Part shown: in pieces, positions 34,393 to 45,820 of the stretch | Layout: each line of letters begins with the position of its first letter | How positions within the stretch are numbered: position 1 is the first letter of the stretch | Source of the DNA: an uncultured Gammaproteobacteria bacterium | Lineage (GTDB): Bacteria; Patescibacteriota; Patescibacteriia; Magasanikbacterales; JBBTXJ01 | Length of the DNA: 64,000 bases | Assembly (NCBI GenBank): GCA_964610305.1 | Contig: CAZSVL010000002.1 | Span: forward strand, 40,522-104,521 | Direction: 5' to 3' | Translations under genes and position numbers: made by a program | The notes under the pieces: generated by a model | The model's database searches: none | What the model was told of the DNA's origin: nothing | Seen by the model: the letters and a program-made list of their open reading frames with translations, nothing else

Positions 34393-36703
34393 TTTAGAAC
34401 AATTTTTACAAAAGATAGGGCAGGGCGCACTTTATGGTGCTGCGCTTGTTCCTGCTATTATTGCTACCTCTGGGTTTGTTTTTCCCTTTATTACACCTAA
34501 GGTTTTTGTGGTGCAAGCGATGGCAATGGTAGTTCTGGTTGTCTGGATGATTTTATATCTGTATGAGCCAAAGAGATACGCACCTAAAAAGTCCTGGATA
34601 TTTTTGACGTTGGCAGCGTGGGTCTTGTGGCTATTTATTAGCGCTATCTATGGCGTGGATTTTTATAGATCTATCTGGAGCGATCAGGAGCGCATGTTTG
34701 GTATATTCACGGTTGCCAGTTTTTTTGTGCTTGCGTTGGGTTCTAGCGTTTTTTTAAGAGAAAAGAAGGATTGGGGTGGTTTAGCTAAAGCCCTCTTACT
34801 ATCAGGAGCCGTTGTCATGATTGGGGGTGTATATCAACTTATTGATCCGACGGTTTTGGCTGGTGATGGTGGAAGAATTGAGAGTACAACCGGTAATGCA
34901 ACCTATTTGGCTTTTTACGCTGTGTTTATTTTTATACTGTCAATTTTTGTATGGGCTAAGAGGGCGGCTCTCAACGGTTCAAAAGAGATGCTGCTGCGGG
35001 GTGTATTAGCGGCTTTAATGGTTTTATCGGTCGTTAATTTTTTTGGAGCAGCGGCACGTGGTGTAGCTCTTGGATTAGCGGCAGCATTCATATGGGTTGT
35101 GGTAATAGCTGCGGCAATAGGTAGCAGTAAAAAAGTCAGGAACTATGCGCTTGGGGTGATGCTTCTTATGGTAGGCTTTTCAGCGCTATTAGTATTTGGT
35201 GGTAATACGCGACTGGTGCAGTCAGTGTCTCTGCTAAATCGTATTTCTGATTTTTCTATCTCAGGAACTGTAGAAACGCGACTGCGCACATGGGATAGCG
35301 CGTTTGCTGCAACGGCGGAAAAACCCCTCTTTGGGTGGGGGTGGTCAAATTTTGCTGCCGCATATGATAAGCACTATAATCCTGATCAGCTTAAACACGG
35401 TTATGGAGAAACGTGGTTTGATAATGCGCACAATACGGTCATTGAGGTGTTAACCACAAGCGGTGTTCCGGGCGCACTGCTTTATTTGATGATGTGGGTT
35501 GCCTTAATGGGATCACTCTTTGTCTTGTATAAGAAAGGGCGGCTGACAACGACAGAATATGCGATTTTGAGTGCCTACGTTGTCTTCCATTTTGTTCAAT
35601 CGTTATTTGTTTTTGACCATCCGCTGTCTTATCTGGCGCTGTTTTATGTGTTGGGCTATGTGGCTTATTTGGAGGCGGGGCAGCGTACCATATTTTCTCA
35701 AGGGTTGCGTTTAAAAGGCAACACAAAAAGAACGGTATCGGTGGCGCTTGTTCTTTTGGGAATCGTGATGCTTAATGTGACCGTTGTAAGAGCGGTGCGT
35801 GCCAATCGGCTTGAATCTGATTCACATGAGGCATTGGCTCTGCAGCGAGATATAGGCCTATGGCATGAATTAACCAAGCAAGCGGTAGAGGTTAGCGGAC
35901 CATACTCAAGTCATATTATTTTAAACGCCGGAAAGGCGCTTCAGGAATTGCCGCTTGTGGCTCTTCCGCGCACGCAAGATTTAGCACTCATTTATGAAGA
36001 CATGATCGGGCGCGTGGAGCGGAATATGGCCAAGCACCCACACTTTATCACCCACAAGCTGCTTTATGTGAGTCTTTTGGCCAATCAAGTGCTTCTGTTT
36101 GAGGAAACAAAAGAGGCTTCTGCGGCTCTGGCGCTCAGGGTGGCAGAGGATGCACGTGAACTATCGCCGCTTAGGCAGCAGATGTTCTATACGTTGATCC
36201 AGAGCTATATGGATGCTGATCGGTTTCAAAAAGCTCTTCCTCATATTGGCATGCTCCGTTCATCCTCTCTTTTGCGTGCCGATGTGCACAGGGTAATTGG
36301 CGGCTTTTACCTCTTGGCAGGTCAACACAAAGAAGCTATAGATTCATATGAGATGGCCATACGAGTTCATGGATCTCCTTTGGCCGTGGTTGGTGCTGGT
36401 GATAATGTGGAGTTATTGGAAGAATACGGGCTATTGCAGATAGAGCACGGAAATCCTATGCGAGGTGTGTGGTTTTTGGACAGCATTGCTTCGTGCCGAC
36501 AGTCTGATATAGATTGGGTTCCTTGTTTGTGGGGAAGCAGCGATATGGCCGCATTGTTTGTGCCAAGTAGGAAAGCGCTAGCAGCTGCTTTGATTTATTA
36601 TAGACAAGCGGGAAGAGATGATAGGGTTGCTGCATATACCACTTATACAGAGCGTTTTTATCAGGGACTGCAGCTGCAGCAGATTCTAGAGGCTACTCCT
36701 TGA
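34382..36703 (+). CDS. O-antigen ligase-like protein with TPR-like tail (tandem paralogue 3)
   Basis: SIWSDQERMFG, AAARG, KPLFGWG and ETWFDNAHN motifs. Confidence 0.85.
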   Translation: MNHNLEQFLQKIGQGALYGAALVPAIIATSGFVFPFITPKVFVVQAMAMVVLVVWMILYLYEPKRYAPKKSWIFLTLAAWVLWLFISAIYGVDFYRSIWSDQERMFGIFTVASFFVLALGSSVFLREKKDWGGLAKALLLSGAVVMIGGVYQLIDPTVLAGDGGRIESTTGNATYLAFYAVFIFILSIFVWAKRAALNGSKEMLLRGVLAALMVLSVVNFFGAAARGVALGLAAAFIWVVVIAAAIGSSKKVRNYALGVMLLMVGFSALLVFGGNTRLVQSVSLLNRISDFSISGTVETRLRTWDSAFAATAEKPLFGWGWSNFAAAYDKHYNPDQLKHGYGETWFDNAHNTVIEVLTTSGVPGALLYLMMWVALMGSLFVLYKKGRLTTTEYAILSAYVVFHFVQSLFVFDHPLSYLALFYVLGYVAYLEAGQRTIFSQGLRLKGNTKRTVSVALVLLGIVMLNVTVVRAVRANRLESDSHEALALQRDIGLWHELTKQAVEVSGPYSSHIILNAGKALQELPLVALPRTQDLALIYEDMIGRVERNMAKHPHFITHKLLYVSLLANQVLLFEETKEASAALALRVAEDARELSPLRQQMFYTLIQSYMDADRFQKALPHIGMLRSSSLLRADVHRVIGGFYLLAGQHKEAIDSYEMAIRVHGSPLAVVGAGDNVELLEEYGLLQIEHGNPMRGVWFLDSIASCRQSDIDWVPCLWGSSDMAALFVPSRKALAAALIYYRQAGRDDRVAAYTTYTERFYQGLQLQQILEATP

Positions 36704-36734
36704 TTTTTTAGGGTGGTTTTGTTAGGGTTGGTCC

Positions 36735-38735
36735 ATGCAAAAGATGCAGCTTTTTATAGCTATACCCTCATATAACCGTGCTGACGCCTTGCGAACGTTG
36801 CTAGGTCAGTTGCAGGTGCAAAAAACCGATTATGATTTTGTGGTAGTTGCATTAAATGATGGTGGTAATGAGCAGTCTGAGGCGGTTTTAAAGCAAGCCT
36901 TAGCACATGGATTACGTTTGGTGTGGAATAAGACATCCCGGGGAAGCGGTTTGCCTTCTGCTCGGAATAAAATTTTAGACACCATTGAGCGTCTTTACAA
37001 CAGACAACCAACCACGGTTGTTTTTTTGGATGATGATTGCGAAGTGGACGAGGATTTTGCGCAGAGGCTCTATGAAGCATCGCTGAAGTATGATGGTTTT
37101 ACCTTTGCTATTGAAACGGTTGGTCGCTCTGGCATTGTAAATACCAAAGATAATCCTCTTGTCAGTAGATTGCTTGCGCCGGCTTTAGGTAGAGCCTGGC
37201 TTAAGATTGGTTTTTTACGGGGCGGGTATTTTCAGAGAAGAAGCGTGCCGGTGCGGGTGGACCATCTTCCGGGTGGGTGCTTGGCTTATAGGTTTGATAA
37301 ATATAAAGAGCTCAGATTTGATCCGCAGTTAAACGACGGTAACTCAATTGCCGAGGATACGGATTTTTCACGAGCACTAAGTGTAGCGGGGGCGCAGCTT
37401 TGGTATTGTGGCTATTACGGCATTATCCACCGACCACCATCTCGTGGCGGCGTTCGTGTGGCTACTTCTAAGGAAAAATATTATTATTACTGGAGAAATA
37501 AACAGTACTTGTGCAACAAGTGGGAAGGTCGACGCTGGAATTTAGCGGCACGTACCTTTACGTTTTTTGAGGCTGTTGTGTTAAGCGTGATGCACAGAAC
37601 GTGGCTGTTGCCAGCTTGGCTAAAAGCAGGTAGGCAAATTTTTAATGTAGAAAAAAACGAACGTCTTTCTATTCTTGCGCCGATCTCTGGTATAAACCCA
37701 GATTCTACTTTTGGCGGAGAAGTATACGATGCGCACTTGCTTTCAGCACTCAGCACATATGCTGATGTACACGTGCTGGTTCCTGAGGGTGGAGTAATTG
37801 CAGACGGCGGTAGTGGTTGGAGCGTTACAACATTTTCCAAACCAAAATCATCACTGCGCTACTATTTTAGACAACTCCGTTTGGTGAAGGATATTTATAG
37901 AAAAAGGCCATTTGATATATTGTGGGTTCATTCTCCATACACGATGGCCCCATTTATGCTCATGTGCAAGTTGTGGATGCCTGGCATTAAGATACATGCG
38001 CAGTTTTTGCACAGAGAAACGTCTTTCAGTAGAACACTTTTGACGTGGTTTGGTCTGCATTTTTGGGATTCAATGAGTAGCTGTTCTGCTGCTAGTGTTA
38101 AAGATATAGTAGAGTATTTTGGGTTTGATGATAGCCGCTTTGTGGTTGCATATCCGGGCGTATCAGATGTGCCTGAGCTGCCAGTGGAGACTGAGCCAAA
38201 GGAAAGCGATTTTTTACTGCTACATGTAGGAAGTCTTATCAAAAGAAAAAATGTCTCATTTTTGCTTGATGTTATGGCTGCTTGTGGTTCTGATGTGAGC
38301 CTTGTTGTTTTGGGTGACGGGCCGCAGCGAGAGAATTTGGAGCAAAAGGCTGAGCAGCTTGGTTTGGACAAACGTGTACAATTTCTTGGAAGATGTAGTG
38401 ATGAGCAAAAGCATTCTTGGATGCAGCGCGCTGATGTGTTGGTTTTAGCTTCCTTGCGCGAGGGATTTGGTATGGTTGTTACAGAAGCAGCAACTCACGG
38501 CACGCCATCTTTGGTGTCAGACAGATTTTCTCTTCCAGAAGTGGTACTGGAAAATCAGACAGGTCTGGTGCGCTCGCTTGAAATAAATGCTTGGGTTAGT
38601 GCCATTGCGGATCTAAAAGATAACTCTGACAAAAAAGGGAAATTGGGACAAAGAGCCAAGGAGTGGACGGCAAGCCAGTTTAGTTGGGATGTCAGCGCGC
38701 AGAGAGTCCACAAACACCTAAAGACTCTCCTATGA
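36735..38735 (+). CDS. GT2-GT4 fusion glycosyltransferase
   Basis: IAIPSYNR...FLDDD (GT2) and EGFGMVVTEA (GT4). Confidence 0.88.
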   Translation: MQKMQLFIAIPSYNRADALRTLLGQLQVQKTDYDFVVVALNDGGNEQSEAVLKQALAHGLRLVWNKTSRGSGLPSARNKILDTIERLYNRQPTTVVFLDDDCEVDEDFAQRLYEASLKYDGFTFAIETVGRSGIVNTKDNPLVSRLLAPALGRAWLKIGFLRGGYFQRRSVPVRVDHLPGGCLAYRFDKYKELRFDPQLNDGNSIAEDTDFSRALSVAGAQLWYCGYYGIIHRPPSRGGVRVATSKEKYYYYWRNKQYLCNKWEGRRWNLAARTFTFFEAVVLSVMHRTWLLPAWLKAGRQIFNVEKNERLSILAPISGINPDSTFGGEVYDAHLLSALSTYADVHVLVPEGGVIADGGSGWSVTTFSKPKSSLRYYFRQLRLVKDIYRKRPFDILWVHSPYTMAPFMLMCKLWMPGIKIHAQFLHRETSFSRTLLTWFGLHFWDSMSSCSAASVKDIVEYFGFDDSRFVVAYPGVSDVPELPVETEPKESDFLLLHVGSLIKRKNVSFLLDVMAACGSDVSLVVLGDGPQRENLEQKAEQLGLDKRVQFLGRCSDEQKHSWMQRADVLVLASLREGFGMVVTEAATHGTPSLVSDRFSLPEVVLENQTGLVRSLEINAWVSAIADLKDNSDKKGKLGQRAKEWTASQFSWDVSAQRVHKHLKTLL

Positions 38736-41700
38736 AACTCCTTATTCTAAACGAATATTGTCAGCCTTTTGTTCCTGGCGGAGCGGAAGCAAGCATGATG
38801 CAGTCAGCAAGAAGCATGCAAGAAAAAGGGCACGATGTCACTATCGTTACTCCAAATTACGGAACTGTCGCGCAAGAAGTAATTGACGGTGTTTCAATTA
38901 AGAGATATTGGTTTCCAGCGCGGCTTGCTAAGGGTTCTAGAAAAACCACCAGGGCGTGGTGGCACACCAGCATTTTTTGGTGGTTGTATGGTAGTTATGC
39001 GGTGCTCAGAGCCACTTCTAAAATTCGTCCTGATATTATTCATGTTCATGGCAAGTTTAGTCTTGTCTCTGCTTTGGTTGCACGTTTTTTTTACAAGATT
39101 CCGGTCCTTTTCACAGCCAGAGATTACAGGGCCTTGTGCAATTACGGACTTTGCATTACCAGTCACGCAAAGCGTTGCTCTACAACAGAATACTGGGGCT
39201 GGGAGTTTGCTGAATATGTCCGTATATATACCAAAGGCAGGCCGCAGGATTGGGCTATAAATGCTCTCTATGCGGTAAGAGGAAGGATGTGGTCATCATT
39301 GCTGCGCGCCTGCGCACGCAGGGTTGATAAGGTTATATGTGTCAGCAAAGCAGTTGAGTGTATATATAACAAAAGTGGAGTACTTAATACAACGACTATT
39401 TTTAACATTCAAAAAAAGTTGCCTGAGACCAAGGAAGTGATGCAGAGCCGTCACAGAGCCATTGCTGTCGGAAAACTATCCCCCGGCAAAGGTGGTGGAT
39501 TTTTGCCAGACGTAATTATCCAGAGCCTTGAGATTGATCCAACACTGAAGTGGGAAGTATATACCAGCGGTGGTCTTTTATATAATGATTTTATTCGCGT
39601 CCTAGACACTCATATTAAAAACGGAAGCGTTCTTGTTAGTGGATATATTCCCAATGACCAGCTGCTGGAAAAGATGGCGCAAAGCGCCGTGTTGGTTATT
39701 CCTTCTGTGTGGCAGGAGCCGCTTACCCGTCTGGCACTTGAAGCGCAGAGCGTTGGCACGCCGGTGGCCATTACTGATACAGGTGGCTCCAGTGAGGTTG
39801 TTAGAGATGGGGAAACGGGCTTGGTTTTGCCGCTAGAGTCTAAGGCGTTTGCGCAAGGTGTTGTTACAATAGCGCGTGATACAGACAAATACCGAAATGC
39901 CATTGCTGAAAATAGAGAGAGTCTATTGAGTACATTTTGTGTTCAACCAATTAATCAACACGAGCATCTCTATAAGAGTCTTATTGACAATAAGCCCTCT
40001 GCACTAGGTGTTATGCTTCCTCCAGGCGGCTCTTTTACGGTGCTGGATCATCATGGACAGAAATCACGTTTTATTTTTTATCTGGAGAAATACGCTAAAG
40101 CATTTAATCATGTCTATGTTTTTGTATATGAGCGCGAGGACATACGGGGATTGCCAAGCAATGTCACGGTAGTTCAGCCACCATTTGATATGGACAAGCG
40201 GTTGTACGGTTTTCTCCTTCCTTTTTATCATCGCAGCCTTATTAAACGTTGTTCTGTAATAAGGCTTACTCAGATGGATGGGTGTATTCCCGCTATCATG
40301 AGCACGCTTTTTTGGCGCGTGCCTTATGTGGCCACGTTTGGCTATAAGTACGCGGAGTTTGTAAGGCTTAATGGTAGAATTGCTTTTAGCTATCTTATGC
40401 GAGCACTGGAGCGTGTTGGTATTAGATATGCAAGCGCCGTAATTTACACTACTGAAGAGACCAAAAATCATTTACTAGGACGGGTTGGGCCCTGGCTGGC
40501 TCCCCGGCTGTGGTTTGTGCCCAACGGAGTTGATACATCAACTTTTGTACCAAAAGAAAGAGATTCTAGCATACTGCTTTTTGTAGGGAGACTTGAGAAG
40601 CAAAAGAATCTATTTGCTCTGCTGCAGGCCATTGCTGATGTACCTAAAGAATGCGCCACCAGAGTCGTGTGGATAGGTAGAGGTAGTCAAAAACGAGCGC
40701 TTGAGAATAAGGCCCAGCAGTTGGGTGTTGAGCTTGAAATTATTGATAAGGTGGATCACGCAGCGCTACCCGAGTATTTTGGTCGGGCTGGCATTTTTAC
40801 TTTGGTATCGTTTATTGAGGGTATGCCAAAGGTGTTGGTAGAGGCTATGGGTGCGGGGTGTTGTCCTCTTGTCTCTGATGCAGACGGAAACAGAATATTG
40901 GTAGAGCATGAGAAGACCGGCTATGTGGTAGGCACTGACTCGCAGAGCATTGCCTTGGGGCTTACAAAATTATTAAAGAATCCTCTATTGCAAAGGCGGT
41001 ATGGAGATGCAGCTAGATCCCATATTGTAGAGCGATATGATTTGAGCGCCACACTTGAAACAGAGACGCAAGCATTAAAGAAGTTTGACACTGCAACTCC
41101 TTCAATACTGCGGCGACTTTTTGTAAAACCGTTTGTATCGCTTTTGAAATTTTCAAAGAGAGGCAGTGGTTTTTCTATGCGCATTATCAAGTGGACAGGT
41201 AGAGCCGCAGTGCCTACCCATCCTAAACATCTTTACTCGCCTTCATCTCTGTGGGCGCTTGAGCATATAAAAGAGGGGAGTCGTGTACTTGATGTGGGCT
41301 GTTCGGCTGGTGCTCATAGTATGGCAGTTTCTCAAAAGGCAGGCTTTGTGCACGGGTTTGATTATGATAGGCGGAGGATCTTGCAAGCAAAGCAAGCCGC
41401 AGAGCGTGAGGGTCGCAAAAGTATAATTTTTTCACATGGAGATGCAACAAAAAGGTTTCCATTTGCAGAAAATACACTAGATCATGTACTATTGCTAGAC
41501 ATTTTAGAGCATGTGTATCAAAGAGATGATGTTCTGTCTGAGTGCGTCCGTGTTCTAAAGCCAGGCGGCACGTTGCTTTTGGCACTGCCAAACAGGGATA
41601 CAAAATGGAAGCAGTTGCAGCGTAGTGTGGGGCTCAGTTCATATACTGATCCTGATCATAAAATTGAATATACGTTGGATGAGTGCAAAGAAATTTGCCA

Positions 41701-41890
41701 ACGCTTTGGGCTTGAGGTAGGGCGCGTTGAGGGAGTTGTGGTGGACACACCGTGGATCGGTATAGGTGATGCAATCGGAGCGTTGCTACCACGTTTTTAT
41801 AAAGCCTATGCAAAGCGTCGTGCAGACAAAGTAAAAACACATCCACAGGAGAGTATTGGATTTAGAATTGTGGCAAATAAACCCCTATAG
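38732..41890 (+). CDS. GT4-GT4-class I SAM methyltransferase fusion
   Basis: EPLTRLALEA, EGMPKVLVEA, then VLDVGCSAG...LEHV...RVLKPGG. Confidence 0.85.
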   Translation: MKLLILNEYCQPFVPGGAEASMMQSARSMQEKGHDVTIVTPNYGTVAQEVIDGVSIKRYWFPARLAKGSRKTTRAWWHTSIFWWLYGSYAVLRATSKIRPDIIHVHGKFSLVSALVARFFYKIPVLFTARDYRALCNYGLCITSHAKRCSTTEYWGWEFAEYVRIYTKGRPQDWAINALYAVRGRMWSSLLRACARRVDKVICVSKAVECIYNKSGVLNTTTIFNIQKKLPETKEVMQSRHRAIAVGKLSPGKGGGFLPDVIIQSLEIDPTLKWEVYTSGGLLYNDFIRVLDTHIKNGSVLVSGYIPNDQLLEKMAQSAVLVIPSVWQEPLTRLALEAQSVGTPVAITDTGGSSEVVRDGETGLVLPLESKAFAQGVVTIARDTDKYRNAIAENRESLLSTFCVQPINQHEHLYKSLIDNKPSALGVMLPPGGSFTVLDHHGQKSRFIFYLEKYAKAFNHVYVFVYEREDIRGLPSNVTVVQPPFDMDKRLYGFLLPFYHRSLIKRCSVIRLTQMDGCIPAIMSTLFWRVPYVATFGYKYAEFVRLNGRIAFSYLMRALERVGIRYASAVIYTTEETKNHLLGRVGPWLAPRLWFVPNGVDTSTFVPKERDSSILLFVGRLEKQKNLFALLQAIADVPKECATRVVWIGRGSQKRALENKAQQLGVELEIIDKVDHAALPEYFGRAGIFTLVSFIEGMPKVLVEAMGAGCCPLVSDADGNRILVEHEKTGYVVGTDSQSIALGLTKLLKNPLLQRRYGDAARSHIVERYDLSATLETETQALKKFDTATPSILRRLFVKPFVSLLKFSKRGSGFSMRIIKWTGRAAVPTHPKHLYSPSSLWALEHIKEGSRVLDVGCSAGAHSMAVSQKAGFVHGFDYDRRRILQAKQAAEREGRKSIIFSHGDATKRFPFAENTLDHVLLLDILEHVYQRDDVLSECVRVLKPGGTLLLALPNRDTKWKQLQRSVGLSSYTDPDHKIEYTLDECKEICQRFGLEVGRVEGVVVDTPWIGIGDAIGALLPRFYKAYAKRRADKVKTHPQESIGFRIVANKPL

Positions 41891-41893
41891 ATT

Positions 41894-43918
41894 ATGCAAA
41901 AAAAGGCATTTATTACCGGTATAACAGGACAGGATGGCTCGTATTTAACCGAGCTCCTTTTGGAAAAAGGATACGAGGTGCACGGACTTATCAGAAGAAG
42001 TTCTAATTTTAACACACAAAGAATTGATCATTTGTATCAAGATCCTCATGCGCCCAACCGGCGACTTTTTTTGCATTATGGAGATCTGAGCGATGCAAGC
42101 GCCCTCTCTCGCTTGGTGGAGAAAATTCAGCCGGATGAAGTTTATAATTTGGGAGCGCAGAGTCATGTGCACGTGAGTTTTGACATACCTGAATATACAG
42201 CTGATATTGTCATGCTGGGGACGGTAAGACTGCTTGATGCGATTAGAAAACTAGGAAAAGATGTTCGGTTTTATCAGGCGGGCAGCTCTGAGATGTTTGG
42301 CCGTGTTCGAGAAGTTCCACAGAGCGAGCTTACGCCGTTTTATCCACGTAGCCCCTACGCATGTGCCAAGGTGGGAGCGCATTGGATGACGGTGAATTTT
42401 AGAGAAAGTTATGATTTATTCGCCAGCAACGGCATCTTGTTTAATCACGAATCGCCTCGGCGCGGAGCAACGTTTGTAACCAAGAAGATTTCTAGAGCTT
42501 TTGCTCGCATTAAGGCAGGGATAGATCCGTGCGTTTATTTGGGAAATCTTGAGGCACGCAGAGATTGGGGATATGCCAAAGAATATGTTGAGGTAATGTG
42601 GCGTATGTTGCAGCATGATACTCCGGATGATTTTGTAGTTGCCACCGGAACAAACCATAGTATAAGAGATTTTGCTCAGCGAGCGGGGCATTATGCTGGT
42701 TATGATTTAGTGTGGGAAGGTGCTGGTTTGGATGAGGTGGGTATGGACAGGACTACAGGAAAAATTTTGGTGAGGATTGATAAACGTTACTATAGATTAG
42801 CTGAGGTTGAGCGATTGGTAGGGGATGCAAGTAAGGCTGAACGTGATCTTGGCTGGAAGCCTCAAACTGATTTTGATCAGCTGGTAAAAATTATGACGGA
42901 GCATGATATGCAGGAGTATGGTGTGAGTGGCGGAGCTCCAATCCTTTTTGAGCAAAACTCAACAGATCAAAGCGCTATAGCTAAAGACGCAAAAATATTT
43001 GTAGCCGGACATAAAGGTTTGGTGGGGTCTGCTATTGTGCGGGCGCTGAAGGCAAAAGGCTATAATAATATCATCAGCAGAAGCAAAGAAGAGCTAGATC
43101 TGCGAGATCAAAGAGGGGTAGACGCCTTTTTTGCCCAAGAAAAACCAGAATATGTGTATTTGGCAGCAGCGCGTGTGGGAGGCATTTTAGCTAATGATAC
43201 GCATAAGGCAGATTTTATATATGATAATTTAAGCATTGAAACTAACGTTATCAGCAGCGCTCACAAGTACGGCGTAAAAAAATTGCTATTTCTTGGAAGC
43301 AGTTGCATTTACCCTCGTGGTGCCCAGCAGCCAATGAAAGAGGATGCTCTGCTTGAGGGTGCACTTGAGCCCACCAATGATGCATATGCAATTGCAAAAA
43401 TTGCCGGCATTTATCTGTGCAGGTCATATCGGCAGCAGTACGGAAGCAACTTTATATCGGTAATGCCTACAAATTTGTATGGGCCAGGCGATAATTTTGA
43501 TTTGGAGAGTTCCCATGTCATACCGGCACTTATTGCAAAGTTTGTAAAAGCAAAAAATGAGGGATCTTCTAGTGTTAATATTTGGGGGACCGGAAAACCA
43601 CGGCGCGAGTTTTTACATGTTGATGATTTAGCTGACGCCTGTATTTTTTTGATGGAATCCTACCAAGATGCTGAGCTTGTGAATATAGGAACAGGCGTTG
43701 ATATCACCATAGAGCAGCTTGCCAAGAGCATTGCAGAAAAAGTAGGGTTTACGGGAGCGCTTCGTTTTGACACCAGCAAGCCAGATGGCACGCCTCGTAA
43801 GCTTTTAGATGTGAGCCGTCTTCACCAGTTAGGCTGGCGTCATCAAATCCAGCTTGACGAGGGGCTCAGCAGTACTATTTCTTGGTATGAGCAAAACATC
43901 TCTAGCACCACGCAATAA
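41894..43918 (+). CDS. gmd: Fused GDP-mannose 4,6-dehydratase / GDP-L-fucose synthase (Gmd-Fcl)
   Basis: [33 protein letters not shown]; then in frame [50 protein letters not shown]. Confidence 0.93.
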   Translation: MQKKAFITGITGQDGSYLTELLLEKGYEVHGLIRRSSNFNTQRIDHLYQDPHAPNRRLFLHYGDLSDASALSRLVEKIQPDEVYNLGAQSHVHVSFDIPEYTADIVMLGTVRLLDAIRKLGKDVRFYQAGSSEMFGRVREVPQSELTPFYPRSPYACAKVGAHWMTVNFRESYDLFASNGILFNHESPRRGATFVTKKISRAFARIKAGIDPCVYLGNLEARRDWGYAKEYVEVMWRMLQHDTPDDFVVATGTNHSIRDFAQRAGHYAGYDLVWEGAGLDEVGMDRTTGKILVRIDKRYYRLAEVERLVGDASKAERDLGWKPQTDFDQLVKIMTEHDMQEYGVSGGAPILFEQNSTDQSAIAKDAKIFVAGHKGLVGSAIVRALKAKGYNNIISRSKEELDLRDQRGVDAFFAQEKPEYVYLAAARVGGILANDTHKADFIYDNLSIETNVISSAHKYGVKKLLFLGSSCIYPRGAQQPMKEDALLEGALEPTNDAYAIAKIAGIYLCRSYRQQYGSNFISVMPTNLYGPGDNFDLESSHVIPALIAKFVKAKNEGSSSVNIWGTGKPRREFLHVDDLADACIFLMESYQDAELVNIGTGVDITIEQLAKSIAEKVGFTGALRFDTSKPDGTPRKLLDVSRLHQLGWRHQIQLDEGLSSTISWYEQNISSTTQ

Positions 43919-44990
43919 GACAGATTTCCTTTTTGTGTATAGGAACCCCGCTCTCAATGAGGTTCTTGATAGTAAAGATGAGTGCGGATTGCCCCAAGAT
44001 TTTTTGTACGGGATGAGCGCTCTGTCGCCTGCGGGCAATTGGATTAATGTCCCCAAAGGAGCCAGAGTGGGCTTAAGAAGACTAACCAATGTTATTGAGT
44101 GGCCGTTTACTCGTTTGGCAAAACTGGGCTTTCCGCTAGAAATATACCCTCAATTTAAGGCCAAGCTTAATAGATCCCGAGTAGTGTTTGGCATTAATGA
44201 TGCAATAGGTTTTGGATTGCTTTTTTACAAGCGTCTTGGTCTGCTTAAGGCTGATGTGTGGGTAATTGCCCAAAGCGTTCATGAACGAGCGCTTAGACAT
44301 TTTAAGTTAAAGTGGCTTACTATGCCTTTTGTAAGGTGGCTTTTAAAAGGAGCTGAGCGTGTATTTGTTCTGTCTGATGCGGCAAAAGAGCCTATGATCG
44401 TCAATTTTGGAGTGGATGCTAAAACGCTGCATAAGTTCTCTTTTGGCGCTGATACTCAATTTTGGAAACCGGCGCGGGGTCCACGATCTAACTATGTTCT
44501 GAGTATTGGTAATGATTCTAATAGAGATTACAAAACCCTTCTTGCTGCCACTACTTCAAACGTACCGGTAAGAATAATTACGCATTTGTCAGTAGAAAGA
44601 TCTGCCGGAGAGCTCATGTTAGAATCGTCTCTTAGCTTTGAGCAGGTACGCGAGCGATACCAGAGTGCCGCACTTGTTGTTATTCCAACCACAGAATTAC
44701 TTTATGAATCGTCTGGTCTCTCATGCGCATTGCAGGCAGCTGCATGTGGAGCTCCTTTGATTTTGCCTGCTATACCGGCGCTGCAGGAAATTTTTAAGAA
44801 TAAGGAGCACTGTCTTTTTTATAAGCCGGGAGACAGCCGTGAGCTCGGGCACTTGATAGAGCAATTGCTTGAGGATAAAAAAAGGGCAGCACGCATGGGA
44901 CGGAGGGCGGCATCATACATAAAAAAATACTTATCTTTAGACGCTCCCGCTAGGAGCATAAGAAAAGTCTTGCAAAAAAAAGCAGCATAA
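43887..44990 (+). CDS. GT4-like glycosyltransferase
   Basis: GADT.FW; SIGND.NRDY.TL; [13 protein letters not shown]. Confidence 0.8.
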   Translation: MSKTSLAPRNKTDFLFVYRNPALNEVLDSKDECGLPQDFLYGMSALSPAGNWINVPKGARVGLRRLTNVIEWPFTRLAKLGFPLEIYPQFKAKLNRSRVVFGINDAIGFGLLFYKRLGLLKADVWVIAQSVHERALRHFKLKWLTMPFVRWLLKGAERVFVLSDAAKEPMIVNFGVDAKTLHKFSFGADTQFWKPARGPRSNYVLSIGNDSNRDYKTLLAATTSNVPVRIITHLSVERSAGELMLESSLSFEQVRERYQSAALVVIPTTELLYESSGLSCALQAAACGAPLILPAIPALQEIFKNKEHCLFYKPGDSRELGHLIEQLLEDKKRAARMGRRAASYIKKYLSLDAPARSIRKVLQKKAA

Positions 44991-45006
44991 GCTACCGTAT
45001 AATCTT

Positions 45007-45819
45007 ATGAAGGCATTGAAGAATGAAAAATTAGGCGTCATGGGCGCTGGAATGGTAGGGGGAGCGGTTATTGGCTATCTGGATAGTGTAGGCGCAGATT
45101 TTGTTATATATGATCCCGCTAAGGGGCATACCGATGCGGAGCTGCTCAATGAGGCTAGCATTGTATTTTTATGTGTTCCAACACCTTTTGAGGAAGATGG
45201 TTCTGGATTTGATTTAAGCTATGTTCACAGCGCACTGAGTACTCTCAAGGGACGAAAAATTGTTGTTATTAAATCAACCGTTGTTCCAGGAACAACAGAG
45301 CAGCTTCAGGCGCATTATCCGCAGCACAGGATTATGTATAATCCTGAGTTTTTAACCGAGCTTACCACCGAGCAAGACTTTGCTTATCCGGATCGTCAGA
45401 TAATTGGATACACTAAGAGAAGTTTTGGTGTGGCTACGGATGTTATGCTACTGCTGCCATCAGCGCCTTTTGAGCGAGTTGTGCCGGCTACGGAAGCGGA
45501 GATGATAAAGTATTATGGTAATACGTGGTTTTCCGCTAAGGTGGTTTTTGCTAACCAAATGTATGATCTCTGTCAACGATTAAATGTAGATTATGATCTG
45601 GTAAAAGATGGTGTTGCGGCCGACAAGCGTATAGGAAGAACCCATCTGGATATTTTTCATCGCGGTTACAGAGGTTATGGCGGAAAGTGCCTTCCCAAGG
45701 ATACGCGCGCATTAATTCAATTGGGCGATCAATTGGGCATGTCTATGGATATGCTTAAAATGGTAGAGCATATAAACAACAAGATTAGAAAGCAGTCAGA
45801 TTTGGATTTAGATAGGTAG
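45007..45819 (+). CDS. UDP-glucose/GDP-mannose dehydrogenase family protein (short form without the C-terminal domain)
   Basis: G.GMVG, CVPTP, IKSTVVPGTT, NPEFL and GYGGKCLPKD motifs. Confidence 0.88.
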   Translation: MKALKNEKLGVMGAGMVGGAVIGYLDSVGADFVIYDPAKGHTDAELLNEASIVFLCVPTPFEEDGSGFDLSYVHSALSTLKGRKIVVIKSTVVPGTTEQLQAHYPQHRIMYNPEFLTELTTEQDFAYPDRQIIGYTKRSFGVATDVMLLLPSAPFERVVPATEAEMIKYYGNTWFSAKVVFANQMYDLCQRLNVDYDLVKDGVAADKRIGRTHLDIFHRGYRGYGGKCLPKDTRALIQLGDQLGMSMDMLKMVEHINNKIRKQSDLDLDR

Positions 45820-45820
45820 T

